A stretch of 64,000 nucleotides of DNA from Glaucostegus cemiculus. Its lineage: Eukaryota. Both the position numbers and the translations under genes were made by a program. Numbering within the stretch: the first letter of the stretch is position 1; every line of letters begins with the position of its first letter. The stretch lies in NCBI GenBank assembly GCA_976551045.1, contig CDPCPM010000083.1:1302001-1366000 (forward strand), read 5' to 3'. This document shows, piece after piece, positions 1 to 11,920 of the stretch. Under the pieces are notes generated by a model. It searched no databases and was not told where the DNA came from. It worked only from the letters and a program-made list of their open reading frames with translations.

Positions 1-76
1 ACCAAACTGACTTCTTTCTCCATGGTTATGCCTTAAAATTTCCGTTTGCGACCTCAGCTGTTGACAGTGCACTTAC

Positions 77-276
77 CTGCCTGCTCTCGCTTCGCCAAAG
101 TCCATTAACTGTTTTTGTTGGGGCAATTGTCACCACTGGGGGAGTGCTGGGAACACTGTGACCGGCTGGTGGAACGAGGATGGGTCCAATTGGGCCTCTT
201 TTGGGTGTGCTGGCAGGAGAACTGTGATTGGTGGCCGGAGAGGAGACTGGTGAGGACTCACTGCTTATCGAAGATC
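77..276 (-). CDS. GSE1: GSE1 (genetic suppressor element 1) internal coding exon, 200 nt
   Basis: Minus strand reads cttttgttttccag|GA TCT TCG ATA...AGC AGG CAG|gtaagt. Translation (G)[66 protein letters not shown] is nearly identical to the vertebrate GSE1 N-terminal region as recalled. Its phase-1 start joins the 15128 exon in frame. Confidence 0.96.
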
Positions 277-937
277 CTGGAAAACAAAAGCAAAAACGTT
301 CAAGTGGTTGCTCGATTGAAAACCTGACCTTCGAAAGACTTGCATGTTGTCAGCTAAGAAAATGGAGCCGCTATTTTGCAAGAGTTGATGAGAATGAATC
401 CTGAAATGACTGACCAGTTGGTGGTCTTGGCTGAGTGAGATCGTTGGACAACACACAAGCAGCTTGACCTACACTTCAAATAGCAACAAGCTGGGAAGAA
501 GGTATCGAACTGGGACAAGTCAGATGCAAGGTGGCTCCTTTGCTGCATCTTCTACATGTTGTACTGGAACAGCCAGAACGACACGCTTGGATTGAGCCTA
601 ATTCCTTTATCGGCAGCCCTCTGACACAATAGACCACTGAGCCCAGCTGGCACATTGTAGAGATCAGATTTGGCCTCATTTAAAACATTTGAAAGTTGAA
701 CGAATTTACTGTATCCATTCAGTTACACAACATTTTCATTGATGGGAAAGCAGTTGCTGGCAGCCCCGCTCCATAGGAAAACAGGCCTTTTTGTTTTTGG
801 GAAGTTATTCTCTAATCCAACTGTTCATAATTCCGCTAAGATCTTCAACCATAATAATTTAGAAGTTGTAAGATAAGATGTAATGGGAAAGTCAAATCTC
901 TTTTGCAGTGAAACGTTCGCAGGGAAAGATTTGATTC

Positions 938-1238
938 AAGATAAGATAGGATCCTTATTAGTCACATGTACATCAAAACACACAGTGAAATGCATCTTTT
1001 GCGTAGTAATTTTGGTGGGCAGCCCGCAAGTGTCACCACGCTTCCGGCGCCAACATAGCATGCCCACAACTTCCTAACCTGTAGGTCTTTGGAAAGTGGG
1101 AGGAAACTAGAGCACACAGGGAAACCCACACAGACAAGGGGAGAACATATAAACTCCTTACAGACAGTGGCCAGATTTGAACCTGGGTCGCTGGCGCTGT
1201 AAAGCATTATGCTAACCACTATGCTACCATGCCTGCCC
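938..1238 (-). mobile_element. tRNA-derived V-SINE, subfamily A (Rex1-like tail)
   Basis: Reverse complement of the copy at 11461-11756: tRNA head, core gtgggtttcc...tcctccca, tail catttcactgtgtg...gtacatgtgactaataa, (tctta)n end. Confidence 0.85.
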
Positions 1239-2890
1239 AACAAGAGGCAGGAACAACTTGGGTCTGATTTATAACTGTGTGGCAATTAATTACATCCTAA
1301 TGTACTCCTAATGCTCAGTTATGCACCTAGCAAGTATGAATGTATGTGTTCCTTTCAGGCCTGGGTAAGGTCCCTAGTAAGCTTGCTACTCAAGGTAACT
1401 GACCCCAGAGAAAGAGCACTAATTCTCTTTAAACAAGAGAGTTTACTTTTGCAGAACCGCAGTGGAAAAACATCTTTGAATCCTTGGCAGAGAAAGACTG
1501 CTGTGATCCCCCAGCAGTGTTGATTGTGGATTGGACTTGTATGACTAGTGACTGATGCGATTTTATGAGGGATGTCTATACACCCCAGTTGCAGTAGTGA
1601 CCCGGTTCTCAGAGCCGGGCATGGGATTGGTGACGCAATTCCTCTAGCAGAATGGGAATCTTGCAAATTACAGGATCTGTGACTCTTGCAATGTGCCAGT
1701 CCTCTCTCTACTGTTGTATGGCTCAGTAATGCAGTCAATGCATGGGAAAATGATCGATTTCAGCCAACTGCTTCTACAGTGCTACCTCCCCATCCACTTC
1801 AACCAGCACAATACCAACACCAAGCTCTGTGTTCAAACAGCCCATCTAGCAGGCCAGGTCAGGGAGAGACTTTGTTTCCTCTGATGCATTCCGCTGGGGG
1901 AGAGCTCAGCTGATCACACCAATGCCGTCACCAAGAGCCAACCATGGGTCAAGAGTCTAGCTCATGGCACAACACCAGAGATGCGGCTGAGCTTAAACAT
2001 CACGGTGGAGGGCACTGCTTGAGATAGGATTGCCCGCTCCTGCTGGGGGTTAGCAACTGATGAAAGAGAATGATTTTTACCAGTGATGTTGAAGAAACAT
2101 CCTGGCAAAAGGGCTTTAATGTAATTACTAACCCATAAAGATAAATGTATCCTCAGAAATAGGGTATTTTAAAATCAGATGCTTCTACACTGGGTTATTA
2201 GTTAAAGATCATGAGAAGTGACAGAGACATGTTCCTCTGGATGGATATTAAGGCATAAAGGATTGGGAAAGTGGAATTAAAAGCTGGGAACTTGGATTGG
2301 GAACCAGAAATAAAAGACAGAGCTTCTGTGGGCACAGTGATCTTGTGCCTGGGAATCATTAATTTCAGCAGCAGAAAGACTGGCAGATGGAGAGGGAACA
2401 CATTCCACTTCTGACAAACAAAAATAATCTTAAAGCAACCTGTTCACAGTTTTCGGGAAATTTTGCTAACATTGGAAATAATTTGGGAACAGGCAGAATT
2501 CTCAAGGCATTTGTTTTGGATGGTTGGTGGGTTTTCTTCTGTGTACAATGCATGCCAGCTTTGGAATCAGAAATGGATGTGCTCAACTGTGTAAGCGACA
2601 TGGTTGAATATTAATCACAAACACAGGAAACAAAACCTACCAATGTTCATAATAGTTGGAACATTAAACAGTTCTCCTCCTCGTGTTATACTACCTGAAC
2701 AGAAATGGGTGAGACACTAACTACTATCTACTGTGCCCATTTTGTCTTTATTTTTCTCGCCATGTCCCCAAACACTGATGGTGAATCATGTGTGGGCATA
2801 GTCTCATGGCAACTCAGTACTTCACCCAGGTACACCAATGCTGCTCAACAGAGATCATTGAAAGACCACCTGCAGTCAATCTTGCCAAAC

Positions 2891-3040
2891 NNNNNNNNNN
2901 NNNNNNNNNNNNNNNNNNNNNNNNNNNNNNNNNNNNNNNNNNNNNNNNNNNNNNNNNNNNNNNNNNNNNNNNNNNNNNNNNNNNNNNNNNNNNNNNNNNN
3001 NNNNNNNNNNNNNNNNNNNNNNNNNNNNNNNNNNNNNNNN
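2891..3040. other. Assembly gap (150 N)
   Basis: Run of n adjacent to a degenerate CA-rich repeat. Confidence 1.
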
Positions 3041-3305
3041 CACGGATATACTTGTGTGCGCATGCACACACAAATACACTTGCTTATGTGCGCACACAAT
3101 GATACACACAGACATGTGCAGACACACAGTCATATGTATGTATGTGGACACGTAGCCACATGCTCGTGTATACACAGATACACACATGCACAGACATTGA
3201 TGCACATGGACACATAAAATGCACCTTCATGCAAATATACTCACAGACATACATAGATGTATGAACATATATATGCACCCTAGCATAAATACAAGCTCAC
3301 GCACC
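3041..3305. repeat. Degenerate (CA/TA)n microsatellite
   Basis: cacacaca/acatacat-rich low-complexity tract. Confidence 0.85.
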
Positions 3306-3504
3306 CACTGCAGACATCCGTATAGTATGTAAATATTCAGCACTAAAACAGTCACAATGATCAAAAATCTCAGCTTTTCACTTCACCATTTTACCAACAA
3401 ATACACAAAGTGAAACTTCACAACTGAAAATAATGTGGGAACAGGAGCACTGAGATCACACACCCAACAACAATATCTGTTCCTCACTTTATGTTTGTGT
3501 CGGT

Positions 3505-4075
3505 TTTGGCTCAGCTGGTATCGTTCCTGCTTCTGAGTCAGGTTTTCTATTCAAACCCAACTACAGAGGCTGAAGTGAAACCAACTAGTCCGAAGCTCCA
3601 ATTCAGTAATGAAGGAATCTACACTGTCAGAGGTGCTGTCCTCATTGATGAGATGTAAAGCTAAGGCCTTGTCTACTATCAAAAGCCAGTAAGGATAGTC
3701 CAGAGGAAGGGTCTCAACCTGAAACATCAACAACCCACTTCCCTCTACAGGTGTTGCCTGAACCACCGAGATCCTCCAGCAGCTCATTTTTTGCTCCTGA
3801 TTCCAGCATCTTGCAGTTTCTCCTGTCTCCTGTCTCCTCTCAGGTAAATGTAAAAGATTCCAGGCATAAATTCAAAGAGGGCCCATCTGTATTATCCTGG
3901 ACAATATTTATGCCCCACTCAACTGTATTCATTATTATCACACTGTGATTTGTGGGAGCTTGTCGTGTACAAATTTTCTGCTGACTTGCTCACAGTATAT
4001 ACTTCTTTCACTATAGTTTGCTTCGGAATGCCTTGCCAGGGATATCAGAGGTGCCTTACAGATGCAAATCTTTCC
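3505..4075 (+). mobile_element. Old Deu-domain-type SINE, interrupted by a Penelope-derived insert
   Basis: tRNA-like head (ggctcagctggta...ttcaaaccc), then cactgtcagaggtgctgtc...gatgagatg...ctctcaggtaaatgtaaaagattcc...tcctggacaatatttat...tttgtgggagcttg. Same motif order as the copies at 23280-23672 and 47570-47940. Confidence 0.6.
3696..3830 (+). mobile_element. Penelope-derived short repeat with degenerate hammerhead motif
   Basis: agtc-cagagga-agggtctcaacct-gaaa-catc ... tgcctgaaccaccgagatcctccagc ... tgcagtttctcctgtctcc. Confidence 0.7.
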
Positions 4076-5059
4076 TAATCAGAAATGGATGTTGGCACAT
4101 CTGGCTAGTGAATGGAGAGAGTCCTACTCAGCAAGTTCTGACAAACATTCTAATGTACTGGGCAACATGAGGCAGAGAACAACAGTGCAGAGTTGATCGT
4201 TCCAGATGGGGGGAATTCAACACTGTACTCTGCTGCTCTCTAGTCAAGTCTAAAGCCGCCAAAGCTTGCTGAAAACAGTGGCCAAGAGCTGCATGCTGTT
4301 AATGTCAAAGGAAATTAGAAATAAGAAAAAACTATGTCCTTCAGACTTGAATAAACTTTTCAATAAACCCTGAATAACGTAAACTGCAGGGGTTGATATG
4401 GGGCTTGCCCTTATTCCAATGTCTGTCGTTTTCTGCAGCTCCAAAGCTCTCCGAGATATCTGCCTTCCTGCAATGCTGGCCTCCTGGCTTCTATATCAAT
4501 GCAAGTTATTTAATTTGGTATAAAATGGTGAAAATATTCTGAAGGTAGGGTGTTGAGTGTTTCCAGTGTTTTCTGGTTTTTATTTCAGATTTCCATTACC
4601 TGCAATGTTTTATTTTGATTTTTAATTATTTTAGCTGTTGTTATCCCAGAACAAAACCAATTTACTCACATTGACACCAAGGAACTCAAAGTGGAGTCCC
4701 AATTTAAACATGACCAACTAACTACTTTGTCTGCATGAATTCACAGATTATGAAGAAAGAACTACATTTATGTAACACCTAACACACAAAGCCAATGACA
4801 CACTCTTAAAGTGTAGTCATTTTTGTAATGTAGGCAGTGTGACAGACAATAAACAGCAGAGATGAAGGTCCACTGTACCTCTGCTGGTTCTAAATATTTA
4901 CTCAATTAGTTCCACTCCCCTGTCTTTTCCCCTTATTTCATGCAAACGTCTGCTGCTCAAGTACTTACACAATTATCGTTTTGAAGCTCCTACCATATCT
5001 GCTTTCATTGGCTTTCATGATGTGCCTTCTAGACCTCAGCAAAATCTCGATCCCATTAC

Positions 5060-5495
5060 TTACTGGCATTGAGGGGAGCCCAAAAGAAATTCACCAGGCT
5101 AATTCGTGAGATGAGGGGATTGTCTTATCACTAGTGATTAGATCTGTATTTTTTGGAGTTCAGAAGAACCTTAGGATCACGGCAGGGTATAGACGAGAGG
5201 TTTCTACTCAGGGAGAACATAGTTACAAGATGAAGGGGCAATCATTTAAAACTGAGTGCAAAGGCACTTCAGAGGGTGGTGAGTCTGTAGAATTCTCTAC
5301 ATTGATGGCTTCTGGAGACTAAATCACTGGGGACACTTAAAGAGGAATAGATAAATTTTTGAAAGATCAGAGCACTGAGGGAACTGACACAGAAGAAGAG
5401 GTGAGGCCTGGGGAAGAGCAGCTCTGATCATGTTGAAGGGTGGGGCAGGCTTGAGGGATAGAACGAGTCTATTCCTGCTCTTATTTTCTTATGTC
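5060..5495 (+). mobile_element. Degenerate CR1 LINE 3' fragment
   Basis: Eroded match to the CR1 ORF2 C-terminus (gaaattcaccaggctaatt..., cagagggtggtgagtctgtagaattctctac) and 3' UTR. Confidence 0.7.
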
Positions 5496-5579
5496 CTTTC
5501 AAAGGTCAACATCTATACTTTCCATTCATTTATGAGATATGGGTATTGCAGACCAGGCCAGCATTCCTTGGCCATCTCT

Positions 5580-6085
5580 TACCATAAGGCCATAAGATAT
5601 AGCAGCAGAATCAGGCCATTCGGCCCATCAAGTCTGCTCTGCCATTCAATCATGGCTGATTTCTTTTTTCTCTGAACCCCATTTTCACTGTAACCCTTAA
5701 CCCCTTTTTCCCAATCAAGAACCTATCATTCTCTGCCTTAAAAACAGCCAATGACTTGGCCTCCACTGCCCTCCGTGGCAACAAATTCCACAGATTCACC
5801 ACCTTTTGGCTGAAGAAATTCCTCATCTCAGTTCTAAAGGGCCACCCCTTTATTCTGAGGCTGTGCCCTCGGATCCGAGACCATCCTACTAATGGAAACA
5901 TCCTCTCCATGTCCACTTTATCCAGGCCTTTCAGTACCTGGTACATTTTAATGAGATCTCCCCTTCATCCTTCTGAACTCTATTGAACACAGGCCCAGAG
6001 AAATCAAACGCTCTTCATACGTTAAACCCTTCATTCCTGGGATAATTCTTGTCAACCTCTTCTGGAACCTCTCCAGGGCCAGCAG
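5580..6085 (-). mobile_element. CR1 (HER1-like) LINE 3' fragment
   Basis: ORF 5650-5946 gives LKGLDKVDMERMFPLVG.SRIRGHSLRIKG.PFRTEMRNFFSQKVVNLWNLLP, the typical CR1 ORF2 C-terminus. Confidence 0.92.
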
Positions 6086-7299
6086 CCTCACCCTAACCCT
6101 TGAGAAAATGGTACTGAGTTGCCTTCTTAAACCACTTGACCGAAAATTCAGTATTATTTAAATTATGAACTCCAGACCTAGAGCTTGGCAACAAATAAAG
6201 TGCCTGTGGGAAATGACTTTCTTGCTTTACGATTCCTTTTCATTTGTCCCCTCATTCACTATCTTTGGTCCCACAGATGCAGAGGTGTTTCCTCTGAGGG
6301 AATATCGATGTGTGCTCTGAATTATGCAGCTCGGTGTTTGATTAAATGCATAAGTTTCCTCTCATTTAACACCAGGTTAAACAAAATTAAACTCTTACCA
6401 CTCAGACAAAAGGTAAAAGGAAGTCAAGTAATGAGGGTGGTCTTGTGTCGCTAATTGCTAATATCAGACACATTGCTTGATTCACCTCTGAAATGTGATG
6501 GGCTGGAAACAGATTTGTGTCCCCCCTGGGGTATGAAAACATCAGGATGGATTCTCCAAATGGAGTGCAAGAAAAGGCTTTAAACAACAACGTTACAGAG
6601 TGTTAAAAGGAACTCGTTGATAGCAGTTCAAAAGCCAGGAAATTTATCTTGTCAGACCAAGGCCAACAACAATTAGCAGACTAATCTCCTCCCAGGGTTA
6701 AAAAAAAGACATCATTTGAGTCTCTGATAGCCTAACAATCAATACTATTAAAACGAGAACAGAATTTAAATGATTCAAAGGTCTTGGCTTAGAAGTTTAA
6801 CTCTCAGTGCAGGCTGTTGGAAAGGACACGAGGTGTTTAATTAACCTCCTCTATATAGAAATAATGCAGCTAACTAAACAAATTTGGATTAAAAGTGACA
6901 GATACAGAGCTGCAACGAGCAGCTTCAGTGTTCATCCTGTACTACACACACTACTGAATATGTTAGATCGGGAGTCGAAAAGACTATGTTCCTTAATCAA
7001 CCAATGACTTATTCTGGTTACTTGCTGTATGATGACTGGGCCCATGTGGCTTGTATGGACAGCAACAGTAAATATACCCAGTGAGGCCTACTGACTCTTT
7101 AATCAATGCTTATTACAAGTATTAAGATTTGCTAAAAGTTCAAGTCTGTCAGATTTTTTTTGCATGTCACTTACTTCAAAAGCAAAAACCTTGTAACAGA
7201 CCTGTAACCCTCCATGTTTCTCCAGCTAGTGAACATCCATCCCACCCCATTTAAACAGCCATGCCTCCAACCATCCTCAGACCCGATTCGCTAGAGGTA

Positions 7300-7810
7300 A
7301 GAACGAGGACGAACTTGATTACAACATACAAGATCCTGAGGGAGACACAAGAGATCTTGATGAAGAGTCTCGACCCGAAACGTCGACTGTTCATTTCCCT
7401 CCATAGATGCTGCCTGACCTGGTGAGTTCCTCCAGCACTTTGTGTGTGTAGATCCTGAGGGATCTTGGCTGGGTGGAAATGGAGAGGGAGCTTCCTCATG
7501 TGAAAACTAGAGGTTAATATGTAACGATAAGGGAATGTCAGTTTAAAACAGATGGGGTAATTATTTCCTCTCTGAGGGTTGTGCGTCTTTGGGAGTCTCT
7601 TCCTCAAAGGGCTGTGGAAACAGTCTTTGAATATTTAAGGCAGAAGTAGATAGGTGCTTGATAAGGAAGGGGATGAAAGGGAAGATTGGAATGTATGAGT
7701 GAGTCAACAATCAGGTCAGTCTTGATCTACTTAAATAGCAGAGCAGCCTTGGGTGGAGGGGAGAGGGTGTGTGGGCGTGCGATCTACTTCTGCTCCTAAT
7801 TTGTTTCTGT
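7300..7810 (+). mobile_element. Degenerate CR1 3' fragment interrupted by insert 7344-7449
   Basis: CR1-like acatacaagatcctgaggg...ttcctctctgagggttgtgcgtctttgggagtctcttcctcaaagggctgtggaa. Confidence 0.7.
7344..7449 (+). mobile_element. Penelope-derived mini-insertion with hammerhead motif and 13-bp TSD
   Basis: Exact direct repeat agatcctgaggga at 7331-7343 and 7450-7462. The insert contains tgatga-agagtctcgaccc-gaaa-cgtc-gactg. Confidence 0.85.
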
Positions 7811-9239
7811 GTTTATAGAAAGCTACAATCCCCTCTGGAAGCCTCAACGTCACTCTCTTCTTAAAAACTATCTATATACACCTTACTCTTTGACCGGGCT
7901 TTCAGTCACCCCTTCAATATCTCTCTTTTTGCCACACTACCAGGCTGATATGCTCCTGTTCCTCAGAAACTTATATATTTTGCATTAAAGGTGCAAAATC
8001 AATGTAAGCTCTATCTTCCATTAAGGAATAATGGAGTATCAGAGCAAAACAACACCAGGGTTGGAATGAGTAGGTGAGAAAGATCTGCATCTGGTGGATT
8101 ATTGGAAGATGACGATGTCCAGTTTTTAAGGTTCTGGAAACAAGAAACGCAATTAGGAGGTAAAGGGGGTGAAAAAACATGGGAAAGGTTCATCCAGCCC
8201 AGTGGTTTGGGTCCCATCAGCTGAAGATTTCCACCACTTTCGTTCAAAGACATTCGTCTCCCTCAGATCTATCCAGTGTTATACAGTGTAGATCAGCAAC
8301 TCCTCCCTTGGGAAGCAATTGAAGTGTGGTAGTTCACAGGATGGTAGAGGACAGGGTACTGTCATTCAGAAACTTGGACAGATGAAAGGAGAAGGATTTT
8401 TCAGTTCATAGGTCATTGTTATAGTGATTAGGCTTCTGCCTCCAAGAACCATAGAGTCGGTGCAGGGTGACAGTTTCCTTCACTTGAAAAGATCTTCACA
8501 CAGAGGACAGGGTGCTCAGGCTGGGGTTTGATGCTCTTGAAAGTTACCTGTCAACTGAAAGAGCCTGGCTTCGCCAACTAAGTCTTCACATTATTCTTCC
8601 CCACTTTGGGAGTGAAGGTGGATTGTTACGACTTGTCAATCAACATCAGCACAAGAATTTAAACAAGTTTGCTCTTGGCACTGCACTTCCTGCAGCAGTT
8701 AGAATCCTTAAAACAATTACAAAGCCAAGTATACACTTTTAGGGGCAACTTAAGTCTTTACCTACCTGTCAAGGAAGTGACAGGATTAGGAGGAAGTTTT
8801 GGTTTCATGTCCTGCCCAATTTTAGTCTCCACTGAAATGAAGAAAGGGGATAATGAGCAGGGGTGGAAAACCAGCATTTCACCCTTTCCAAGGCACAACC
8901 CACCTGGGTCTGGCTAAATAGGTCAAGGTTAGCCTCAGGGGGTCAAACCAGTTTCCAAAAAAGAACAATTGACTGTCTTCTCTCAACTACAGGTTCCCCT
9001 CATGAGGGAATCTGGAACTAGTCTCTGTCTTAAATGGACAATTTCTTTCTGAAACAAGCTGTCCATTTAAGACAGAGAATTTCTCCTCTCAAGGATTTGG
9101 AATTCCTGACCCTGGAAAGCTGTGGAGCCCAAATTATTGAATGTGTTCAAGGCTGAGAGAGACAGAATTTTGCGCAACAGGTGAGGTAATGCTTATTGGG
9201 ATCAAGCAGGAAAGCAGAATCATGGACTGGTAGGGGATG

Positions 9240-9540
9240 AAACCTTTGGTCCACCAGTTCTATGCCAAACATCAAGCAGCCATTCACACCAATCCTGCAC
9301 TAACCCCATTTTATTCTCCCTGCATTCCCGTCAACTCCCTTGGGATTCTACCACTCACCTACACACCAGGGACAATTTACAATGGCTAATTAAGCTACCA
9401 ACCTGCATGTCTTTGGGACATGTAAAAAAAGCAGAGGAAACCCACACAGTCACAGGCTGAATGTGCAAACTCCACACAGACAGGATTGAACCCACAGGTC
9501 TCTGGATCTGTGCGGCAGCGGATCTACTTACAGTGCCATC
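9240..9540 (-). mobile_element. HE1-like V-SINE (CR1-type tail)
   Basis: Reverse complement of the family at 34303-34662: gaggaaacccacacagtcacagg...tgcaaactccacacagac. Confidence 0.8.
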
Positions 9541-10436
9541 ATGACTCCTAGTTGAGGCCAAAATTAGATCAGCCGTGACGTTATTGAATGCTGGAGCACA
9601 CACAAGGAGCCATATGGGCTGAACTGCTCTTATTTTGTATAAAAGGTCAAATTCCAGCCTGGCTTAAGACTATCAATCATAAGTTGCAATGATATTTGCT
9701 CAGCTGGTACAAGGAAATGTTCACATGTGTGAATCTAACATGCGCTGGGGGAAATCTACTGCTGGGTTCCCCAGACCCCAGCAGGTTGGATGCATATTTT
9801 CTGGCAGGTAAGATTCTCAGTTTATTCTAAATTCACCTAAAACGTTCTGCAGTTTGTAAAAGCAGCGGGGAACATAGTCCCAGGCCGTGTGCGGCAAATC
9901 ATCCAGTGTTGAGCAGGTCCAGTGCTCACTCTCTCCGGGTGACCACAACTCACTGCTGACTGCCAGGCTTTGTCGTGGCTGCGGATGTTGGCAACTGTTA
10001 CCGCACATCTTCTCAACAGATGGCCCTTGACAATATGCAAAGTAGATGCAACAGCTACCTGATGATGCCTTTGTGCAGTCCGGAGACACGTATCAGCACA
10101 ATCTGCAATTCAAATGAGCCAAGAAACTACCACACATCTTCACCGCTGTTTAAATATTTGGAATCACGCACAGATCAAAACAAAATGGACAACATTTGCA
10201 TAACTCCCCTGTTCATAGAATGCTGTGATCTACCATGAGTTTGCCGATCCCATTCAGGGTGATGGTCGAGGTTTCATCACTGTTAGCTCCCTCTCCTGGG
10301 GCTGGGCAGCAGGGAGACCAGCTTCTGCCCTGTAACTCCTTGCTGGAAAGTTCACAGGGTCTGGGGCAGGTTCAGCAGAGGAGGAGGTACTGGTTGTGGG
10401 TTGGAGAGGGCTTGGTTTCCTGGCCACCAGCAACAA

Positions 10437-10580
10437 AAGAACATAGAACATAGAAAAACTACAGCACAATTCAGGCACAAAGCTGTGCCGAACATGTCCC
10501 TAACACTGGAAATTACTGGGCATTCCCATAGCCCTCTATTTTACTTAGCTCCATGTACCTATCTAACAGTGTCTTGAAAT
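10437..10580 (-). mobile_element. CR1 3' end, same young subfamily as 40925-41430
   Basis: (agaacat)n tail and near-identical reverse complement of 41275-41430. Confidence 0.85.
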
Positions 10581-10709
10581 GGCTGTTCAGGTAAACTAAT
10601 GCACCCTTGGGTGGGTGGGTGGCTGTCCACCATCAACACTAGGACTAGTTTCAGGAGTGGGCACAATGTGAGAGGAGTTTTTTTTAAATGTAGTCACTTA
10701 TAGAACGAG

Positions 10710-11060
10710 ATTCCTGCTGGAAAGATCAGCATTGGCCATCGCTAACCTCCTCTGAACTGAGAGGTTTGTCCGGCTATCACTGAAGGGAGTTTGAATCAAT
10801 CAGACTGCTGTGGATCTAGACTTACACAAAGGCCAGACCAGGTAAAGGCAGCACTTTTGCCTTCCACAAAAGACATTAGTGAACCAGATGGGTTTTTATG
10901 ATAATTCAGTAGTTGCGCCATTAAGGATGCTATCTTTTTAATTCCAGATTAATTTAATTAAATTCTCCATCTGTTGTGGTGGGATTAGAACTCATATTTC
11001 AGGATCATTAATCCAGGGCGGGTGGATTGCTTGGCCATTAACGTAGCCACTGTGTTACTG
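10710..11060 (-). mobile_element. Old tRNA-derived SINE family C
   Basis: Shares gacattagtgaaccagatgggtttt...ttccagatt...gtggtgggatt(a/t)gaactca with 15590-15940 and 61290-61595. Confidence 0.65.
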
Positions 11061-11249
11061 CATCTCTGCAGTCTGCAGTATTAACAGATCTCAGCCTGGA
11101 CTTTCTAAGCAGTCCCATCATTTCCTGCCCAAAGGTCAGCTCATGGAATGTACCCTGTTCAGCTCTTAAGAAAGTACTTTGAAGACAGGTTGTAGCTTTG
11201 CTATCATATCCAAAGAGTTTCTCAGCACTTGCACTGAGGCTCATAGGGA

Positions 11250-11920
11250 GAACAAAAAGACCTACATTCTTAATGCACCTTTGATAGCCTCAGGATGTCC
11301 CAAAGCACTTCATAGCCAATGAAGCACTTCTTGAAGTGCAGCCACTGTGAGCGATGTAGGAAACACATCAGCACAGCAAGCTCCATAATTAGCAACATGA
11401 AGACAAACTGTTCAGCTGCTCTTCTTCAAAATAAGGCTTTGGAATCTATTGCATCCTTGTGGCAGGCACGGTAGTGTAGCAGTTAGCATAACGCTATTAC
11501 AGTGGCAGCGACCCTGGTTCAATTCCGGCCGCTGGCTGTAAGGAGTTTATACATTCTCCCTGTGTCTGCGTGGGTTTCCTCCGGGTGATCTGGTTTGCTC
11601 CCACATTCCAAACATGAACAGATTAGGAAGTTGTGGGATGCTATGTTGGCGCCGGAAGTGTGGTGACACTTGCGGGCTGCCCCCAGAACACTCTACGCAA
11701 AACATGCATTTCACTGTGTGTTTTGACATACACGTGACTAATAAAGACATCTTGTCCTGAAGGGATAGACAGAACCTGGTTTAACTTCTCATGAGAAAGA
11801 TGGTAGCTCTGAAAATGTAGTACTCTGGTCGTATGACATCCAATAATCCTGTGCTAAAATCTCTCAAGTAAGACTTGAAACTGCAACATTTCGACTTTGA
11901 GGTAAGTGTGCTACCCACTG
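11250..11920 (-). mobile_element. Old Deu-domain-type SINE interrupted by a V-SINE
   Basis: cctcaggatgtcccaaagcacttcatagccaatgaag...ctgctcttcttcaaaata [insert] ...ggtttaacttctcat...gtgctacccactg. Confidence 0.6.
11461..11756 (+). mobile_element. tRNA-derived V-SINE, subfamily A (Rex1-like tail)
   Basis: A-box-like tagtgtagcag, B box ggttcaattcc (11516-11526), V core tctccctgtgtctgcgtgggtttcctccgggtg, tail tttcactgtgtg...gtgactaataaa. Confidence 0.88.

Noticed and set aside
11461-11535. tRNA gene
   Set aside because: A and B boxes are present, but the sequence continues into a SINE body repeated four times in the window and lacks a full cloverleaf.
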